A DNA stretch of 14,919 nucleotides from Amoeboaphelidium protococcarum X5 (lineage: Eukaryota; Fungi; Aphelidiomycota): assembly GCA_023515725.1 (NCBI GenBank), contig JALDTO010000216.1:1-14919 (forward strand). The letters run 5' to 3'. Position numbers and translations under genes: made by a program. How positions within the stretch are numbered: the stretch's first letter is position 1; the number at the start of each line of letters is the position of its first letter. Below the pieces are notes generated by a model. It saw only the letters and a program-made list of their open reading frames with translations, searched no databases and had not been told where the DNA came from. Shown here piece after piece: positions 10,084-14,919 of the stretch.

Positions 10084-12900
10084 ATGCTACTAAATGACGA
10101 CGAAGAAAGGCAGAGTTGCCGCACCTATGAGATCAATGGATCGGCAGCTGTCCTCACTGAATCTAGTGGTGGACAGACATAATAGCAGTAGTAGTAAATT
10201 CCTCTCAAGCAGATCAATATGAAGCATGATTGTATCATCTCCGATACGTCATTACGCAATACAATGCCTAAATGGGAGGTGAAAATAAGAGAATGGTAAA
10301 GAAGATACCATGCTGCCGATGCAAGGTGTTACTACTGGCTAAATCCATTCGTGGTGGCTGTAATTTCTGCGTTCTTCTTTGTACTGCTCTCCGTAATGGC
10401 ATCCTATTTTTTATTTCATCAGTTCAATTACTCCTTCCCGATAAATGCCGTCATTAGTGCCAGCTGGCTGAAGATTAGAGAAGTATTTCTGCGGGCGGAG
10501 CTGCGTGCCACAACGGATCTTGAGAAGAAGTAGATTCGGAATCGTGGCTATCGAACACAAGGTCTCTCGATTTTGTTTATGCTCGTGGCTTTTTACATTA
10601 ATTTGTCTCTGTATAACCTATGGTATATATCTTTATTTTATACGCTGCTCATATTTTTGGAGGATGTTGGTATTGTGCTCAGTGTTATTTACATTGGATG
10701 TCCTAAGATTAATGGGCGCCGCACATATGCTAAATTGACGTGTCGCCGTACTTGCATTACGCTATTAATCTCGGTGCTAGTCTCGGTGGGTATTGTCGCT
10801 GTCCTGATTGCAGTGACAGTTTTATATATAAGAGGATACTCAAATGCGAGTGTCGGCGTAATTATTGGGCAGTGGACATCATACGACTCTCTATTCAAGC
10901 TGATTGTTATTCCATTCGTTTTATCTATCCACTTTTCCATAAAGACAATCAAGAAATTTAAGACTTATAAAATAAGGGCTCTGCTATTGCTATTAAACTG
11001 CACTTTCATCATTCTGATGTAGTATTATCTTCCTAGCCTCTTGTAGTAAGCTGGATTGTTCACTGGGCGTTCTGCTTACGATGCCGCAGAGTATCTGTCA
11101 TTCCCATTCATAATCTTTAGTGGATTTTTGATGCAGAATTTTGGATCATCGTTATCGATTCTAGTCCTAGCTATCACCGCCGCGTCTAATACTATTTATG
11201 GCGAAGATGGATAATCATAGCAGTCTCCTTCTCAACGGCGTCTATCAGATTTTCAAATCTAGAATTTGATACGACTGCAGATCTTTCTATTTGTGATGAT
11301 CGTCACTAGTATGACATTCGATATAATTCAGTATGAGAAAGCGCGTGCTTTAAAGCGTGCAATTGATGCTAAACTGGCCCAGGAGAAGGCCAATGTTTAA
11401 AAGTCTATTTTTATGAGCTTTCTCTGTCATGAACTGAGAAATCCACTTCATTCGATTACAAATATGGTCTAGTTTTTGGAAGAAGATTGTACTAGTCCCT
11501 CCAACGGTGGCCCGTCTTTCAATCAATAGATCGTGCACGGCGATCAGGTTAAGGAGAAGAGAGAGATTACAGACGCTATCAGTATCGCTGCCAAGTATAT
11601 GTCTGATTTGATTAATGACGTGTTGGACACTGGCAAGTTTGAAGCTGGTAAAGTTAGACTCGAAAAGCTGCCTGCTAATGTAAAACAGATCTTGACCTCC
11701 ATTCTAGTGCCTATAAAAGAGCAAGTGCGGGCGAAGAATATCTCTCTAAGCGTTTGCATATCTGATGCCATTCCGGATTATTTAGAGACTGACTCCACTA
11801 GATTTTAGTAAATTATATCTAATCTTCTATCTAATGCTTATAAATTCACTGCTCCTGGTGGTAAGATTACTTGCTAAATGTATTGTCTCACTCCGTCAAA
11901 GTAGTACGATCAAAAATTGCCTGCTGATGCTTTCAGAGATCTGCACATCAAAGTGATTGATACGGGTATTGGAATGTCTCAAGAAACGTTGGATAATCTC
12001 TTTGTGCCGTATGTGCAAGCATCCGTGTCCACCTCGCGAGAATATGGCGGTAGTGGGTTGGGAATGTCTATAATTAAACAGATCATTGATCTAATGAACG
12101 GAAGTATATCTATTTCCAGTGAAGAAGGAGTTGGGTCGTGTTTTAGTGTTGTTATTCCTCTAAAAATAGCCAGCCCACCACCTTCACTTGACACGTTACG
12201 CAACAAGATGTCTACTATCAATATGTAGGATGTATGTATGAGCCCATTACCTTCTGCTTAAGAGATTGAGTTGAAGCCTCTGCAAAAATTAAAGACTGAG
12301 ATTCCTACAAGTCCATTGCCTTAGATATAGTCGTCTGATCTCGTGGTGACCAACTCTAATAAAGCTGTAGATGGTAATGACACTGCACCTGTCTTATAGC
12401 CGCGCAGTAGCTCAACATTAACACCGGCTTAATCTGCGAATGTGTTATTTCAGGACTAGGTGTAGCCTGACTAAAAGTAATAGGTGAAATTGGTCGTGGT
12501 TGATGATTCATTGATAAACCGCAAGATTATGGTGAAAATGTTGAATTCCTTAGGATTCAAGAATATAGATCAGTATGAGAATGGCCTAGAGGTTTGTAAT
12601 GCTCTCGAAATAGATTCAAATGTAGCCTTGGTCTTTATGGATCTACTGATGCCTGTCATGGATGGATCTGAAGCTGTTCTGCGAATACGTAATAATCTTC
12701 ATCTGGACAAGTAGAAGCTACCCGTTGTAGCGGTGACTGGAAACTTCATTGCCTCATCTTAGACTAATGGTAATGGAGATGGCGTCGCGGATGATGGCAG
12801 TCAAGTTGATTAGGGATTAAAAGAGTTCAATTTGATAGTTGGCAAGCCTTTCGTCAAGGCTGATTGTGTTAAAGTAATGGAGAAGTTTAATCTGCTTTGA
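10084..12900 (+). CDS. Hybrid sensor histidine kinase 2, same architecture, 938 aa
   Basis: First ATG after the in-frame TGA at 10057, open to TGA 12898-12900. TM region is homologous to HK1 (DSLFKLIVIPFVLS vs [14 protein letters not shown]). H-box [10 protein letters not shown] (His 11428-11430), [28 protein letters not shown]. Receiver VVVDD...FMDLLMPVMDG (Asp 12640-12642)...KPF. Confidence 0.93.
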
Positions 12901-13199
12901 CCCATACGCGTTAATTGGGCTCTTCTTTACCATGAATATGTTTGCCTCACACGATAAAAGAATAAATGCATTTTGTTTAGGTACATCTATAATTAATATT
13001 TATCCATCTTTGATTCTATTATTATCGCTGATGATGCTTATGTCAGTAATCTCTTCTAATCGCTTCGATGACCCCTCTTACGTCAATTATAGTTATTGCG
13101 CTTGCTGTTGCGATATCCTTTTATCTCAACTAATATTAAAGAGATATTCTTTCATATTTTAGTAGCAACTAGAATAATCAGCATTAATTAAAAGAAGCG

Positions 13200-14147
13200 A
13201 TGACATCAAGAAAAGTACTAAAGGCTATATTGAGCCGTGAGCAGGGTGAAGGTGTTGGCGCCAAGGTTCGTCGATCTATTGGACGCCCAGAGTTGCGTAA
13301 CTTTGATCCCTTCCTGATGCTGGATGAATTCTCAGTTGGTCCGCCAAGTGGTTTTCCAGACCATCCACATCGTAAGTTGTTCTTACTTAGCAATTTTTAA
13401 TTAATCATCATATATTTAACGTATTTTAGTGTAGGTGGATTTGAAACAGTCACGTATTTGCTGAGTGGTCGATTCGCGCACGAGGACTTTGCCGGGCATA
13501 AGGGTGAAATTGGTCCTGGTGATTTGTAATGGATGACAGCTGGCAGAGGTATTGTGCATGCTGAGATGCCATTGCAACAGTCTCATGGCCTCCAATTGTG
13601 GGTCAACCTGCCCAAGGTTGAGAAGATGTGTGAGCCGCGTTATCAAGAACTGAAAGCTAAGCAGATTCCTTCAGCATTTCCGTTTGGCCCTGATAGTAAA
13701 GTGGAAATCAAAGTGATAGCAGGCGAAAGTTTTGGAGTCAGTAGTCCAGTGTATACAAAGACTCCTGTGTACTATTTGGATGTTCAGGTTAAGGATGGGG
13801 CCGCTGAATCGTTTGTGTAGCAACTACCGCCTGGATGGAATTCATTCATTTACACGCTGACTGGTAAAATCAAAGTTGGTGAGAATGAGACTGTATGCGA
13901 ACCTCATAACACCGTGGTACTCAGTAATGAGGAAGGCCAGACTTGCGTCAAATTTACTCCGACAGGCGAGGCAGCCCATTTCGTAGTCATTGCTGGCAAA
14001 CCTCTGAATGAACCCGTTGTGCAGCATGGTCCATTCGTGATGACTACTTAACAGGAGATTCAAGAGACGTTTGTTGATTATCAGTACGGGCGTAATGGGT
14101 TTGAACGCGCACCTTCCTTCAAAAGTTCCATATCAAAGTCACACTGA
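13200..14147 (+). CDS. Pirin (bicupin iron-binding protein), join(13200..13371,13435..14147), 294 aa
   Basis: Motifs EQGEGVGAKVRRSIG, DPFLMLDEF, GFPDHPHRGFETVTY (across the intron), GDLQWMTAGRGIVHAEMP, GLQLWVNLP and EPVVQHGPFVM. Ends at TGA 14145-14147. Confidence 0.95.
13372..13434 (+). other. Spliceosomal intron, 63 nt, phase 1
   Basis: GTAAGT...GTGTAG, AT-rich. Removal restores the conserved pirin HPHR-GFETVTY motif. Confidence 0.92.
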
Positions 14148-14444
14148 TATTATTGCACTTTGGTAGGTGATTGATCATAAGATGAATATGAATAAAGCAT
14201 TTAAACCGCTTATTGACAAATTTAGTACTTTACTCTTACACATTGTCTTTTTAAAACGCGCCCTGAACAGTCAAGATGTTTTGTACCGTTAAATGTTTCA
14301 GCCCATTCATTCATTATACGAAACGGGGTGTCTCTTTCTGACCAGTTCCGCCGCATCGTGCTGTTGATGTGAAACGGCCGCGGTTTCTCTTTTGTTGAAA
14401 CAGCATCGACCAAAACGTTGTGACAATTCCCCATTGCTCTTTGT

Positions 14445-14464
14445 CCTTCCTTCCTTCCTTCCTT
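14445..14464 (+). repeat. (CCTT)5 microsatellite / pyrimidine tract
   Basis: Five perfect CCTT units about 90 nt upstream of the last gene. Confidence 0.85.
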
Positions 14465-14549
14465 GTACTGAAACTGTTACTTGAATTGTATTTTTCATAA
14501 CGTTATATCTATAACTACTACTACTTCCTATTATCTAATTAATTATTGA

Positions 14550-14919
14550 ATGAGAATGCCTACCAGACGTGGTAAGTATTGTTACAATTTCGTTTTAATA
14601 TTGATATAGGCTCCCGCAAACGGACTAATGTAGCTAGAGAAGAGGTTGAGGCTGTTGAGGCCCAGAATGCTGTTGGTCAAGTATCTCCTGCAAAGAAGGG
14701 ACGTAAAGCTGCTGCTGCTGCTGCTTCCCTTGGTTCTTCTCCAGCTGCCAAGAAGCAGAAGGCAGAGGCTCTGCCACAGTCTCCAGAGAAGAAGCAAAAG
14801 AAGACCCCGGCAAAGAAGGATGCTCGTGAGGCTGGAGCTGCTTCAGAGTACAAGGAACAGTTTGGTTCAGTTATGAGTGAAATTGACCAGTTTGGCAACA
14901 AGATTCAGAGACAGGTACT
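14550..14919 (+). CDS. 5' part of a basic Lys/Ala-rich, probably nuclear or nucleolar protein, join(14550..14571,14610..>14919); possibly Rpf1/Brix-like
   Basis: Reads MRMPTRRGSRKRTNVAREEVEAVEAQNAVGQVSPAKKGRKAAAAAASLGSSPAAKKQK...SEIDQFGNKIQRQV (start at ATG 14550 or 14556). Has NLS-like basic clusters and S/T-P-x-K motifs. The terminal NKIQRQ only weakly recalls the Rpf1 N-terminal NKxKRQ motif. Confidence 0.75.
14572..14609 (+). other. Spliceosomal intron, 38 nt, phase 1
   Basis: GTAAGT...GATATAG, AT-rich. Joins the ATG exon in frame to the long open frame (G|GC = Gly). Confidence 0.8.
14708..14725 (+). repeat. (GCT)6 coding repeat, poly-Ala
   Basis: Six GCT codons in frame in the last gene. 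Confidence 0.85.

Noticed and set aside
1654-14147. Functional metal/oxygen-sensing cluster (P4H x2, Mn-CDF, HKs, pirin)
   Set aside because: Mixed orientation, an intervening rps3 and no shared regulatory motif. Adjacency in a compact eukaryotic genome is not evidence.
921-14901. Remaining antisense or off-frame track ORFs (e.g. 921..1286, 1729..2037, 3104..3379, 8844..9071, 11979..12221, 12932..13162, 14646..14876)
   Set aside because: They are shadows of the real genes or featureless short frames in spacers.
1-14919. A field of pseudogenes or sequencing errors
   Set aside because: Interruptions are only TAA/TAG, never TGA or frameshifts. Catalytic motifs are intact and TAR sits at Gln positions.
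1-14919. Prokaryotic or phage origin with recoded stops (suggested by the HKs and bacterial-type S3)
   Set aside because: GT-AG introns are required to restore the pirin and PQ motifs. There is no operon structure, and both TAA and TAG are reassigned.

Overview
Gene-dense eukaryotic nuclear DNA (roughly 40% GC by eye, short GT-AG introns) that uses a non-standard genetic code. TAA and TAG encode glutamine and TGA is the only stop (NCBI table 6-like). The supplied ORF track uses standard stops, so it breaks every gene into fragments. Re-read by hand with TAR=Gln, the window holds 10 genes. In order: the 3' end of a Gln-rich protein (+), a PQ-loop membrane protein (+, 1 intron), a membrane-anchored prolyl 4-hydroxylase (-), a Mn-type CDF transporter (+), a nucleus-encoded mitochondrial-type ribosomal protein S3 (-), a second prolyl 4-hydroxylase paralog (-), two tandem multi-TM (MASE1-like) hybrid histidine kinases (+), pirin (+, 1 intron) and the 5' end of a basic Lys/Ala-rich protein (+, 1 intron). 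All nine visible gene ends are TGA. The code, composition and gene content would fit the aphelid Amoeboaphelidium protococcarum, which is known to use TAR=Gln, but that identity is an inference. Family calls come from motif recognition, not database searches.
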